This document shows, piece by piece, positions 17,260 to 27,073 of a DNA stretch of 64,000 bases. Positions within the stretch are counted from its first letter, which is position 1, and each line of letters starts with the position of its first letter. A program made the translations under genes and the position numbers. Location of the stretch: NCBI GenBank assembly GCA_029938135.1, contig JAPYOO010000001.1:1638-65637 (forward strand). Reading direction: 5' to 3'. The stretch is from Bermanella sp. GTDB lineage: Bacteria; Pseudomonadota; Gammaproteobacteria; Pseudomonadales; Oceanobacteraceae. The notes under the pieces are model-generated. The model had not been told where the DNA came from. It was given only the letters and a program-made list of their open reading frames with translations, and made no database searches.

Positions 17260-18003
17260 GTGGATACTTTTTTACTTGCGCTTATCACTTGCTTTACCAG
17301 TGCTTTCGCAGCCATGTTAGGCCAAGGAGGCGGCTTAATGCTTATGGCCGTATTACCAGGATTTGTTCCCGCACCCGCTCTCGTAGCTATTCATTCTGTT
17401 GTGCAGGCCAGTAGCAATGGTAGCCGCGCCTATCTTTCACGTAAACAGATTAACTGGCCCATAATATGGCCTGTGGCCATCGGAACAATAATGGGTGCCG
17501 CCATAATATTACCCGTTATTCCCCTATTGAACTGGCAATGGATGCAGGCTGTTATTGCGATTTACATCCTATGGCTTACTTGGGGGAAGTTCATCACACT
17601 ACCGAAGCTATTATCATGCAAATTCACATTCAAACACATACTAGGCTCGCCCTTTATTCGGCTTGGTATACTACAAGGCAGCCTTGGCATGGCATTAGGC
17701 GCAACCGGCCCCTTAGGCGGCGCACTACTGCTATCAAAGGGCTTAAGTAAAGATGCCATTGTGTCCAGTAACTCCTTCATTATGCTGGTAAGCCACTTGG
17801 TTAAAATTTTATTTTTTAGCGTTCTAGGGGTGCAGTTTCTTAACCATGTACCATTACTTCTAAGCTTGTGTCTCGCCGCCGTCATTGGCTCAATCATTGG
17901 CAGCCGCTTTCGTAATCGCCTACCTGAGAAACTCTTTTTTCCATTATTTAAAGGTCTGTTAACACTCTTAGCCTTACGCATGCTGTTTTTGGCCTTCTCT
18001 TAA
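17260..18003 (+). CDS. TauE/SafE (sulfite exporter, TSUP) family membrane protein
   Basis: G.GGG motif in both halves (GQGGGLML, GATGPL), about 8 TM segments. Confidence 0.75.
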   Translation: MDTFLLALITCFTSAFAAMLGQGGGLMLMAVLPGFVPAPALVAIHSVVQASSNGSRAYLSRKQINWPIIWPVAIGTIMGAAIILPVIPLLNWQWMQAVIAIYILWLTWGKFITLPKLLSCKFTFKHILGSPFIRLGILQGSLGMALGATGPLGGALLLSKGLSKDAIVSSNSFIMLVSHLVKILFFSVLGVQFLNHVPLLLSLCLAAVIGSIIGSRFRNRLPEKLFFPLFKGLLTLLALRMLFLAFS

Positions 18004-18069
18004 CACTACTGGCTTGGCAAACCCTGTGTTTTTAGTTAGTCTAAATTAACTTTAGATAACGGTATAAAA

Positions 18070-18930
18070 ATGAATACCCGCGAGCTTATTAACTGCTTTG
18101 ACCTATTGGTTGAGAGCACTCAGAAATTGTGTGATAGCTTCACCCAACAAGGCAACCCTCATTGGCTACCTTTAACGGAAGCAGAGCAATTACATGGCAT
18201 AAATTCTTTGCAAAAAGCCAAAAGTATCTTCCAGGATTATTGGTATCAAGATGGCCAGGACGGCCGAGAAACTCGTAGTTGTTTTGGTTTAATCAGTGCC
18301 AACGACACTCAAATCCAAGAAGCTCTGTTAATTAATCAATTAAAAGAACTCCTAAAAAATCAAGTAAAAGTCCTGCTAAAACAACATAAAAATCAATGGC
18401 TAGAACTTAAAGGCACACTGGCCACGCGGCACTCTTCATTACGTGAAAGCTTGCACTTTACCGGCCTAAGCCGCCTCCACCTCAAACAAACTTGGCGTCA
18501 TATTCCCGTTATACAACGTAGCCCCAGCCGAGTGGGCTTTAACTGGTACAGCTCAGGGCGCAGCATCCAAAAAATCAGCGTGCAAGAAGCCTATGAAGCA
18601 CTGTGCAAAATGGATACTTCAAGCTTACACATTCAAACCCAGCTGCAGCAAGTAGGCAAGCTTGCTCAAAATACGCGCTTGGCAAAAATTCAAAACCTGG
18701 CCCCCACAATGCGTGCTAATCTATTTTATGAGGACAACCAATTTCCTGAGCGCCAAGCCATGAACATATCATTGCCCATATTATTTAAAAACACAGCTAA
18801 CAACTCCTTACCTAACCATAATGAACCAGAGTTGGTGGCACCCTTGACCCGAAAACGCGCCGTGCGCAGTGATCGCACCATAGAAGATCATCCGTTTTTA
18901 CCCAGCATCCGTGTGCACCGGTACAGCTAA
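18070..18930 (+). CDS. DNA replication terminus site-binding (Tus/Ter-like) protein, Pseudomonas type
   Basis: YWYQDGQDGRETR, RLHLKQ.WR, RSDR.IED.PFLPSIRVHRY match my recollection of this family. Confidence 0.7.
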   Translation: MNTRELINCFDLLVESTQKLCDSFTQQGNPHWLPLTEAEQLHGINSLQKAKSIFQDYWYQDGQDGRETRSCFGLISANDTQIQEALLINQLKELLKNQVKVLLKQHKNQWLELKGTLATRHSSLRESLHFTGLSRLHLKQTWRHIPVIQRSPSRVGFNWYSSGRSIQKISVQEAYEALCKMDTSSLHIQTQLQQVGKLAQNTRLAKIQNLAPTMRANLFYEDNQFPERQAMNISLPILFKNTANNSLPNHNEPELVAPLTRKRAVRSDRTIEDHPFLPSIRVHRYS

Positions 18931-18935
18931 AGCGC

Positions 18936-19628
18936 ATGGACATTTTTGGACACAGAGGCGCCAAGGGCGTAGTAATGGAAAATAGCCTGCAAGGTTTCTT
19001 GTTGGCTATTAGTCATGGCATTAACAAATTTGAATTGGATATACGTTTAAGCAGTGACAAGCAACTAATGGTCGTCCATGACGAAAAATTAATTAGACTC
19101 GCTAATAGCCCGCTATTGGTCAGTAAAAGTACAGCACACACATTATCCCAAACATGCCTATGTGGCACTCAAGAAGGCATACCCACCCTTGAACAGGTAG
19201 TAGCGGCCTGCCCTAGCGTCACCCACTGGCAATTTGAAATTAAAACGCTTAGCAGTAATGCAAACTTTGTAGCGCCGATGAAACATATAATCGACAAATA
19301 TCAATTACACGATAAGGTCACTATCACCAGTAAACATATAGGCACATTAGAAATTTTCAAAAACAACCTTGAACATATTAAGCGAGGTTATGTGCAAGAA
19401 TGGCCAAGGCCAAACGGCATTAAAACGGCAATTAAACTTAACTGCCACATGCTGGCACTGAACAAAAATTTAGCCCATAGAAAACATATAAAAAAAGCAC
19501 AAGCACTAGGATTGCATGTGAGTGTCTGGACCGTAAATTTACAAGAAGACATGCAACGACTTTCCCATCTACAGGTAGACAGCATTATTAGTGACGTGCC
19601 ACAGATGGCCATGAAAACCTTAAAGTAA
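18936..19628 (+). CDS. Glycerophosphodiester phosphodiesterase
   Basis: GHRGAKG...ENSL, ELDIRLSSD...VVHD, QFEIK, WTVN, IISD.P. Confidence 0.9.
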   Translation: MDIFGHRGAKGVVMENSLQGFLLAISHGINKFELDIRLSSDKQLMVVHDEKLIRLANSPLLVSKSTAHTLSQTCLCGTQEGIPTLEQVVAACPSVTHWQFEIKTLSSNANFVAPMKHIIDKYQLHDKVTITSKHIGTLEIFKNNLEHIKRGYVQEWPRPNGIKTAIKLNCHMLALNKNLAHRKHIKKAQALGLHVSVWTVNLQEDMQRLSHLQVDSIISDVPQMAMKTLK

Positions 19629-19696
19629 TTGCTGTTTTAAGGTTTTTACTACAACGCTGCATCCCCCTACATTGATAATAAGGGGACTTAACTTTT

Positions 19697-21601
19697 TTAA
19701 AACATGTCTGGGAATGGATGAGACTGAGGCAATTTAATTTTATTTTCAAACCCCGGCATAGCCAGCGTCTGATCAGTTAATTCAATTTTAGATTCATCAA
19801 TCATTTCCTCACCAAAGCGATATATAACCTGTAGATCCCCTTTACTGGCCGATTCATCGTAAGCATTGGCTTGCTGGCGTGTGACTTCGCGCTTGGCTTT
19901 ATAAGCCAGCATTGCATCGTGACCATAGCGCTTAGACAACATTTTTTCTGCCACAAACGGAGATAAAACGGTGGCGGTTGCATTGTTACCGCCAAATCCC
20001 TTTGAGTTTAAAAAGGCGACGTCCCACTCGTTTATCGCCCGCATTTTATCTTGCAGGCAAATATCCAGTCGTTCCTGATTCACATCTTCGGCTACTTCTT
20101 TTACAGTTTTAATGCCGGGTAATATGCCATGTTTAAACACACCTAAGCTTGCCATTAACTGATCGGCGCTAGCGGGTGCAAGGGAATGTCCAATATACGA
20201 TTTAACCGCCGTTATTGGCCATTCTTTGATTGAAAACGCCTTTGCGACGGAATCAAAAATATTGGACTCAGTGACTCTATTTTGGGGGGTACTTGAACCA
20301 TGGGCTTGTACAAAACTGCGTTTTTGAACGGCCTCATCTCCTAGCATGGCACGGGCCGCGGCGACGGCTTTGGCCATAGTGACGTAATTACCCGCACCCG
20401 GAGAGGATATGGACTTTTTAAAGCCATCTGCATTAACAAATACATCCGACACGGCACCATGAATATCAGCCCCAAGCTCCATAGCCAACTCATCATCCAT
20501 TAACACAACATATTGACTGGACTCGGCCATAGTGAAACCGCAGTTTTCACCAAAGGGACGGCTGGGTTTACGAAAGTCGGCTTCATTGCTGCTGTCTAAT
20601 TTTTTTAAACCTTCCTCATGAGCTAGTGCACTCATAGTGGCGTAACCGTCTATTATTTCTGGCGTAATGGGGGCTTCACTATTACCCACTACCACCACGC
20701 GTCGGCGACCACTGTTAATGTCTTCTATACCTGCACGTAAATTGTATAAGAAACTGGCACATGCCCCCGTTATGGCCCCTGTTGAGCCAACACTGCCCAA
20801 TACATACGCATTAATAAAATCGGCGGGCATACTGTTCATACCAAGCGGACATTGTTTGGTGGTTACCCGAGTACCCTTAAGGCGTGATTTAAGCATGCCT
20901 CCAAAACCTAAGTCATCTAACTGACTCATGGCATTACTGGAGTAAACCGCCACTTCATCAGGTTGCACGGCATCCTTTATTTTACCCCAAGGAATACCTA
21001 TTGAGTTTACCGCGTCACTGGCCCCCACTACCGCCATTTGTAAAGCCCGTGGGTGAAAACGTGATTTATAATGAGCGCCAGGATCAAAACCCGAAGGCAA
21101 TTGACCTGCTGATTTTACGATCGACTCACGGTAACTGTCGGCTTTAACATTAAGCTCACCATTAAAGGTAACTTTTACCTGTTTATTTGCAAGTTCACTC
21201 ACCTGCCAATGACTCGGCACCGGATTTGGTAACTGCTTTTTAGGCAGTGTAAATTCAAGATCTACTTTGGATGCGTTGGTAAGGTTCATATCTTGGTGCC
21301 AATGCACCGCATCCACATCAAAGTACTGATTTTCGATACGACGTACTAACGTGCGATCAAGGATCATAGTGGCCAGCTTTTTATCGATGCTTGCCAAGCT
21401 ATAGACCTGCCCATGTTCATCTTGATACTGTCCATCGTTGAATTTTAGCATTCCCATCAATACCGCTAAGTCTGCTAATGTTTGTCGACGTAGCTCCAGC
21501 GGCAAGCTCTCAATCACCATTCTGTGGTAACCATGATGAAAAGAACTACGGCCCGCAGAATTGTAACCACCAAAACCCACTATCATTGGCAAACGTGTCA
21601 T
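19697..21601 (-). CDS. fabY: FabY-type beta-ketoacyl synthase (acetyl-CoA-primed initiation, PA5174-like)
   Basis: Starts MTRLPMIVGFGG after an AGGAGG RBS (ATG 21601). GACASFL (Cys), QAHGSSTP, GHSLAPA, NSKGFGGNNA. Extended 634-aa length typical of FabY. Confidence 0.85.
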   Translation of the reverse strand: MTRLPMIVGFGGYNSAGRSSFHHGYHRMVIESLPLELRRQTLADLAVLMGMLKFNDGQYQDEHGQVYSLASIDKKLATMILDRTLVRRIENQYFDVDAVHWHQDMNLTNASKVDLEFTLPKKQLPNPVPSHWQVSELANKQVKVTFNGELNVKADSYRESIVKSAGQLPSGFDPGAHYKSRFHPRALQMAVVGASDAVNSIGIPWGKIKDAVQPDEVAVYSSNAMSQLDDLGFGGMLKSRLKGTRVTTKQCPLGMNSMPADFINAYVLGSVGSTGAITGACASFLYNLRAGIEDINSGRRRVVVVGNSEAPITPEIIDGYATMSALAHEEGLKKLDSSNEADFRKPSRPFGENCGFTMAESSQYVVLMDDELAMELGADIHGAVSDVFVNADGFKKSISSPGAGNYVTMAKAVAAARAMLGDEAVQKRSFVQAHGSSTPQNRVTESNIFDSVAKAFSIKEWPITAVKSYIGHSLAPASADQLMASLGVFKHGILPGIKTVKEVAEDVNQERLDICLQDKMRAINEWDVAFLNSKGFGGNNATATVLSPFVAEKMLSKRYGHDAMLAYKAKREVTRQQANAYDESASKGDLQVIYRFGEEMIDESKIELTDQTLAMPGFENKIKLPQSHPFPDMF

Positions 21602-21695
21602 ACACCGCCTCCTTAAAATCATTCATAACGCTAACCATCAACGTTTAACGGTTAGCTTTTGAAATAAGTTTAAGAACTAATCTGCCATCCGGCAT

Positions 21696-21840
21696 TGTCA
21701 TTATGGCCAGCCATTAAGCTATTCTAGCCATCGCAGCTAATTTGGGCTTTTTAAGCTCTGTATTTCCAGTTTAGAGAGCCATAGGTGCTGGCTTTTAGCC
21801 ATTTAGGCCACCTATAATGTCATTATGGCCAAACAATGAC
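21696..21840. promoter_or_regulatory. 14-bp direct repeat TGTCATTATGGCCA x2 in the fabY/regulator divergent promoter
   Basis: Exact copies at 21696-21709 and 21818-21831. The second extends into the inverted repeat GTCATT-N10-AATGAC (21819-21840). Confidence 0.6.
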
Positions 21841-21894
21841 GGGCATTGAATTTAAGCCGCACTATCCCTCTATGACAGGTCAACTAGGCGAATA

Positions 21895-22878
21895 ATGAAT
21901 AATATTACGTTTTTCTTTTGTGACCAGATGCTTGCCAGCAGCGCCTCACTACCCATAGAGATGCTTAAGGCTGCAGAAAGTGCCGCCCACGTTGAGAGTC
22001 GCTTAGCACTGCCCTTATGTATTCAATCGGTAGGATTAGACTTAGAAAAAGTAACAACTGGAGCCGGTTTTGATATCAGCCCGGATAAAGTCATCGAAGA
22101 CATCACTCGAACAGACATCATCTTTCTGCCGGCACTATGGCGCCACCCTAAACCGGGATTGCGAAAAAATGAGCGATTACTAGCGTGGCTTCGTCACCAT
22201 CAACAACAAGGCACCATTATCTGCAGTGTTGGTACTGGAGTCTGTTTACTGGCAGAGGCTGGTTTACTCGATCACAAACCCGCTACGACCCACTGGTATT
22301 ACTTTGATCGATTTCAAAAGGATTACCCTAAAGTTCAACTTAAGCGCCAATATTTCATTGTCCAAGCTGGAAACTTATACAGCGCTGCAAGCGTTAACTC
22401 ACTAGCCGATTTAACCGTGCATCTTATTGGACGTATCTACAACAAACTTATCGCCCTGCACGTAGAGAGACATTTCTCTCATGAGATACGCCGCTCGTAT
22501 AAAAACATCAGTTTCATTGATGAACAAAGCAATCATCCAGACGAGGATATTGTGCAAACCCAAGTCTGGTTAAAAGATAATTTTAATAACAGCATTGTAT
22601 TTAGTGAGGTTGCTAAGAAATTTGATATGAGTGTAAGAAGTTTTAACCGACGCTTTAAAAATGCCACCAACGTAACCCCGCTACATTACTTGCAACAAAT
22701 CAGAATCGAAACCGCAAAGGATCTATTAAAAACCAGTAATTTAGCTTTGGGAGAAATTGCTGAACAGGTGGGGTATCAAGATTTAGCACATTTTAATCGT
22801 TTGTTTAAACGTTTATTAAGCACCACGCCCAATCAATACCGAGCAATGGTGCGGGCAAAACTATTCAGTTTAGAGTAG
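21895..22878 (+). CDS. GlxA-family transcriptional regulator (DJ-1/PfpI + AraC HTH)
   Basis: CSVGTGVCLLAEAGLLD...ATTHW, MSVRSFNRRFK, VGY.D...F.RLFKR....TP..YR. Confidence 0.9.
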   Translation: MNNITFFFCDQMLASSASLPIEMLKAAESAAHVESRLALPLCIQSVGLDLEKVTTGAGFDISPDKVIEDITRTDIIFLPALWRHPKPGLRKNERLLAWLRHHQQQGTIICSVGTGVCLLAEAGLLDHKPATTHWYYFDRFQKDYPKVQLKRQYFIVQAGNLYSAASVNSLADLTVHLIGRIYNKLIALHVERHFSHEIRRSYKNISFIDEQSNHPDEDIVQTQVWLKDNFNNSIVFSEVAKKFDMSVRSFNRRFKNATNVTPLHYLQQIRIETAKDLLKTSNLALGEIAEQVGYQDLAHFNRLFKRLLSTTPNQYRAMVRAKLFSLE

Positions 22879-22898
22879 CGCTGTATTTTTAACCCATA

Positions 22899-24599
22899 CT
22901 AAGTAAATTCAAAAACAACTCCAAGCTGTTTATTCAAGCATTCATAAACCGTTCTAAATTCAAAAGGCTTGGCGATAACATCATCAAAACCGGCTTGCTG
23001 GTAACGGTTATAATCAGCCTCCAATACCGCACCCGATACCGCAATGCATTTAGGCTGATGATTCATTTTAAGTATATGCCCCAAAGCTTCTAGGCCCGTC
23101 ATAATAGGCATTTCATTGTCCATGAAGATAATATCTACCCTATGCTCATGTAAACACTCAATGGCTTTCTCACCATCACAGGCCTCATGTACTTCTATTC
23201 CCGCTTCTTGTAATAGTTCAACTAATACAAGTCTATTACTGCTTTCATCATCCACCACTAGTGCTACCACATGCTGACCAGGGGCTAGTTTACCAAGGAA
23301 TTTTTCATGGCAAGGACTCTCACTATCCTGCCCTTGCAGTTTAAGTCTAAATTCAAAACACGCCCCCCTATTTGGGCTTGAAGTGACCTGAATATTACCC
23401 CCCATTAACTGCACATGTTTTTGAGCAATAGATAACCCCAATCCGGCACCACCAAATTTAACCCCCGCTTCTTTTTGTACAAACGGTTTAAATATATCCA
23501 TTACTTCAAGCTTTGACATACCCATGCCACTATCCGTTACCTCAAACTGATACTCATTTGGATTAGATTCAAAAACCGATAATTTTACAAACCCATTTGA
23601 AGTGAACTTTATGGCATTTGAAATAAGGTTCAGCAACACTTGGCGAACCTTTTTTGCATCCATCAATACAGACAAACCATCCACTAAATCATAATTTAGC
23701 TGCCACTCCAGTCCTTTTTTGATGCAACGTAATTTAAACATATTACATATATCGTCAATAAACTTTGATAACAAAACAGTTTGAATATCCAACTCCAACA
23801 AACCGGACTCTATCTTTGACATATCTAACACATCATTGATTAAATCTAAAAGATGTACACCGCTGTCAGTAATATACTGCACGTACTGCGCCTGCTCACT
23901 GCTTAATGGTCGTTTGCTGTCCGCCTGTAGCAACTGACTAAAGCCTAATATCGAATTCATAGGGGTTCTAATTTCATGACTCATACTGGCAAGAAATTCA
24001 CTTTTTGCTTTGGAGTGACGACTGGCAATTTCACTGGCAACTTTTAATTCTTGAGTTCGTTCACTGACAACACGCTCCAACTCCACCGTATTGGAAAGAC
24101 TCGCCAACAACTGCATTAAAGTCTTTACGTAAATATTAAGAGTGCGCTCATGCCAAACATTAAAAAATTCAGCTTGCTCATGAAAAGAGACGACCATACC
24201 GCCTCCGCTCACTCCATCTAAGTAAGCACACAACATGTAGCACTTATGGCCCTTTAAATTAACCACCTGAACTTGGCCTAATGTTGATTTTTTGAAATTT
24301 TCGAACTGCAACTCTAGACCGTCTTGCTCGAACTGAATGAGGCTAGGTAATATATCATCACAACCCGCAGCACTAAATTCGGAATCTACCGACACTTTAG
24401 CCTCTACTACTAGGTTACGGCCCTTCTCTTTATACAACGCACAGTATTCAAATTTTTCATGGCGCACCAAAATACGTAAAGCTTCAGCTATCAACTCAGA
24501 TTCATTATGAGCGGCTAAGCTAACTTCCACTAATAGATTAAGTGTATTTAAGGAGGTGTATAAAGAAGACTGCAGCTCGTCCTGTTTCATTAAGCTCAC
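22899..24599 (-). CDS. Cytoplasmic hybrid sensor histidine kinase/response regulator (GAF-like input, HisKA, HATPase, REC)
   Basis: EFLASMSHEIRTPMN, NLISNAIKFT, DSGMG, GAGLGLSI, VVDDE...IFMDNEMP. No TM helix seen. Confidence 0.88.
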   Translation of the reverse strand: MSLMKQDELQSSLYTSLNTLNLLVEVSLAAHNESELIAEALRILVRHEKFEYCALYKEKGRNLVVEAKVSVDSEFSAAGCDDILPSLIQFEQDGLELQFENFKKSTLGQVQVVNLKGHKCYMLCAYLDGVSGGGMVVSFHEQAEFFNVWHERTLNIYVKTLMQLLASLSNTVELERVVSERTQELKVASEIASRHSKAKSEFLASMSHEIRTPMNSILGFSQLLQADSKRPLSSEQAQYVQYITDSGVHLLDLINDVLDMSKIESGLLELDIQTVLLSKFIDDICNMFKLRCIKKGLEWQLNYDLVDGLSVLMDAKKVRQVLLNLISNAIKFTSNGFVKLSVFESNPNEYQFEVTDSGMGMSKLEVMDIFKPFVQKEAGVKFGGAGLGLSIAQKHVQLMGGNIQVTSSPNRGACFEFRLKLQGQDSESPCHEKFLGKLAPGQHVVALVVDDESSNRLVLVELLQEAGIEVHEACDGEKAIECLHEHRVDIIFMDNEMPIMTGLEALGHILKMNHQPKCIAVSGAVLEADYNRYQQAGFDDVIAKPFEFRTVYECLNKQLGVVFEFT

Positions 24600-24610
24600 T
24601 TAAGATTCAT

Positions 24611-25465
24611 TCATGTATTTGATAGGAAATCAGCTAAAGCCCCTACGGTCTCTTTTACTTCAGTAAAGACACTTTGCAGGCTAAGTATGTCTTGCATAGG
24701 AATAATAAATAGATCTGATACGTTCTGAGTTTCAACCTCTAAATCATCCGCTCCATCCAAAAAGCGCATAACAAAACCGACTATCCTTACAACCTCCCAA
24801 TGATCCCCTTTATAGTTAAAGTCTTGGCAGTTCGATATAACTGAAATAGTTTCATCGGGTAAATGCCATCGAGTTGCCAGCCAGCCCCCCGCATCACTCG
24901 AGTCAATCCCCAGCCTCTCGCGCTCTTGAAACAAGCGCGACTGATGATTACCATCCACAAACTCAGGTAACAATTGATTCATTTCAAGCGGAAAATGGTG
25001 AACCAACAATAACTGACCAAGACTATGTAACAAACCAGCAAGATAGGCGCTGTTAGCATCAATACTGGGGATTTTTTTTGCGAACATCGAAGCGCATTGC
25101 GCCACGGCTAAAGCTTTGCACCAGTACCCTTGCAATGAAAATTCAGGACAAGAACCTGTTTCAAATTTAGGTCCCATTAACATTCCCATGCATAGACTAC
25201 GTACTGTTTGTACCCCCAGTACTTTGATCATGGCCTGCTCAACGGTTAAGACCTTAGAAGGAGAAGCAAAGAACGAGGAATTGGCAATACTGACGATTCT
25301 GGCAGTAATCCCTGGCTCAGATTGAATGGCTTGCGCCAAGGAAGATAAATCTACATCATCATCCATCACCAATTCAAGCAACTGGTCACTGGCCACGGAC
25401 GCAGGGGGAATAGTGAGCGTACTTAAGATGGCACTGCGGCGCTTTCTAACTTCGGTTGCATCCAT
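24611..25465 (-). CDS. Stand-alone HDOD domain protein
   Basis: EPGITARIVSIANSSFF, AYLAGLLHSLG, AGGWLATRWHLP. Confidence 0.85.
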   Translation of the reverse strand: MDATEVRKRRSAILSTLTIPPASVASDQLLELVMDDDVDLSSLAQAIQSEPGITARIVSIANSSFFASPSKVLTVEQAMIKVLGVQTVRSLCMGMLMGPKFETGSCPEFSLQGYWCKALAVAQCASMFAKKIPSIDANSAYLAGLLHSLGQLLLVHHFPLEMNQLLPEFVDGNHQSRLFQERERLGIDSSDAGGWLATRWHLPDETISVISNCQDFNYKGDHWEVVRIVGFVMRFLDGADDLEVETQNVSDLFIIPMQDILSLQSVFTEVKETVGALADFLSNT

Positions 25466-25570
25466 TCACCACCCACCATACAAAAACTTACTCTGATCTA
25501 AACTCTAGTTCAGTCTAGGGTTTGAGCAAGCTGCATTGATGGGAGTAGTAGACGTTTTACAGGCTGTTCT

Positions 25571-26770
25571 TTAAGAGTTCTTAGCCTCTAATTCATCTAA
25601 TTCAGCTTGCTCCTGCTGAATACGCTTATCCTCAGCTTGCTCTTCTGCTGTTTTTTCAAGAGATAATCCCGACAAGCCTCCCGCTGATGAGCCTGCGCCC
25701 CCAGACTCAGCTAACTTAATCCGCAGTTTCAAATTCACTTCAGAATCTGCATTTTTTATGGCTTCTTTTAGCGATATTTTGCCGGCTTCAAATAGCTTAA
25801 ATAAAGCCGCATCAAAAGTTTGCATACCTAGGTTTTCTGACTTAGCCATGATCTCTTTAATGGCATCGGTGTCCCCCTTAAAGATCAACTCCTGAATGGT
25901 TTTGTTTCCTAACAAGACTTCCACCGCGGCTACCCGTTTATTGTCCACTGTCGGTATTAAACGTTGCGAAATGAAGGCCTGTAAGTTAAGACCTAAATCC
26001 TGTAAAAGTTGATTACGTCGCTCTTCTGGGAAAAAGTTAATAATTCTATCAAGTGCCTGGTTCGCATTCGTGGCATGCAATGTAGAGATCGCTAAATGAC
26101 CGGTTTCAGCAAAAGCCAGTGCATGCTCCATGGTTTCACGATCGCGAATCTCACCAATCAAAATCACATCAGGAGCTTGACGTAACGTATTCTTCAAGGC
26201 CGCGTGAAAATTCTTTGTATCCACGCCAATTTCGCGCTGATTGACGATACTTTTTTTGTGTTTATGCACAAATTCAATGGGGTCTTCTATGGTGATGATA
26301 TGGCCCGCTGAATTGATATTCCTATAATCAATTAATGACGCCAAAGACGTCGATTTACCTGATCCGGTTCCGCCTACGAACAAAATAAGGCCGCGCTTGG
26401 CCATAACCACTTCTTTTAAGACTGCAGGCAGTCCTAGGTCATCAAATTTTGGAATTTCGGCCACTATGTTGCGGGCAACTAAGGACACCTCATTTCTTTG
26501 TCGAAATAGATTTAAACGAAAACGCCCACATCCTGGCAAGCTTATGGCCATATTCAATTCCATCTCTTCTGCAAATTCCTTCTTTTGGTCGTCATCCATG
26601 ACGGCTTCAACCATCTGAGCGATTTGCCCAGACTTTAATGGCTCACGGCTTAAAGGCTTTAATGTACCCTGGAATTTGGCACTGGGTGGCGCCCCAGTAC
26701 TTAAATAGAGATCTGAACCATCATGTTTGGCTAATATTTGTAGGTATTTTTTAAGGGGCATAAACTTCAC
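25571..26770 (-). CDS. pilU: PilT/PilU family type IV pilus retraction ATPase (PilU-like, no adjacent pilT)
   Basis: GSDLYLSTGAPP, GGTGSGKST, TIEDPIE, LRQAPDVILIGEIRD, STLHATNANQALDRI, GMQTFD. Start may be ATG 26761. Confidence 0.85.
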   Translation of the reverse strand: MKFMPLKKYLQILAKHDGSDLYLSTGAPPSAKFQGTLKPLSREPLKSGQIAQMVEAVMDDDQKKEFAEEMELNMAISLPGCGRFRLNLFRQRNEVSLVARNIVAEIPKFDDLGLPAVLKEVVMAKRGLILFVGGTGSGKSTSLASLIDYRNINSAGHIITIEDPIEFVHKHKKSIVNQREIGVDTKNFHAALKNTLRQAPDVILIGEIRDRETMEHALAFAETGHLAISTLHATNANQALDRIINFFPEERRNQLLQDLGLNLQAFISQRLIPTVDNKRVAAVEVLLGNKTIQELIFKGDTDAIKEIMAKSENLGMQTFDAALFKLFEAGKISLKEAIKNADSEVNLKLRIKLAESGGAGSSAGGLSGLSLEKTAEEQAEDKRIQQEQAELDELEAKNS

Positions 26771-27073
26771 TTATTACTAATAGGACCCGAGTAAACGCAG
26801 CAAGAATAATACTAATTCCTTATAAATTCTCAATTTCTGCTTAATATTTACTTAACTGGGTCTCATTCCCAATAAATATCAGCATTATTAGATGCATACT
26901 CGGCATTTAATCCAAAATCTAATCATAACCACTGCCTATAGTGTGTATTAGTCCACCCGCCCCCACCGAGATCAACAAGCTTTTTAATTACTGATATAAT
27001 ACTAAGTAAGCAGTACTGCAGTGTAATACGTTGTCGTTAGCACTGAGTCAAAACCTCACAGCCGAGCAAAATC

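Noticed and set aside
26771-27073. AT-rich 300-bp spacer as a possible sRNA, att site or gene remnant
   Set aside because: I found no terminator-bounded structure, no repeat shared with the other flank and only very short reading frames.
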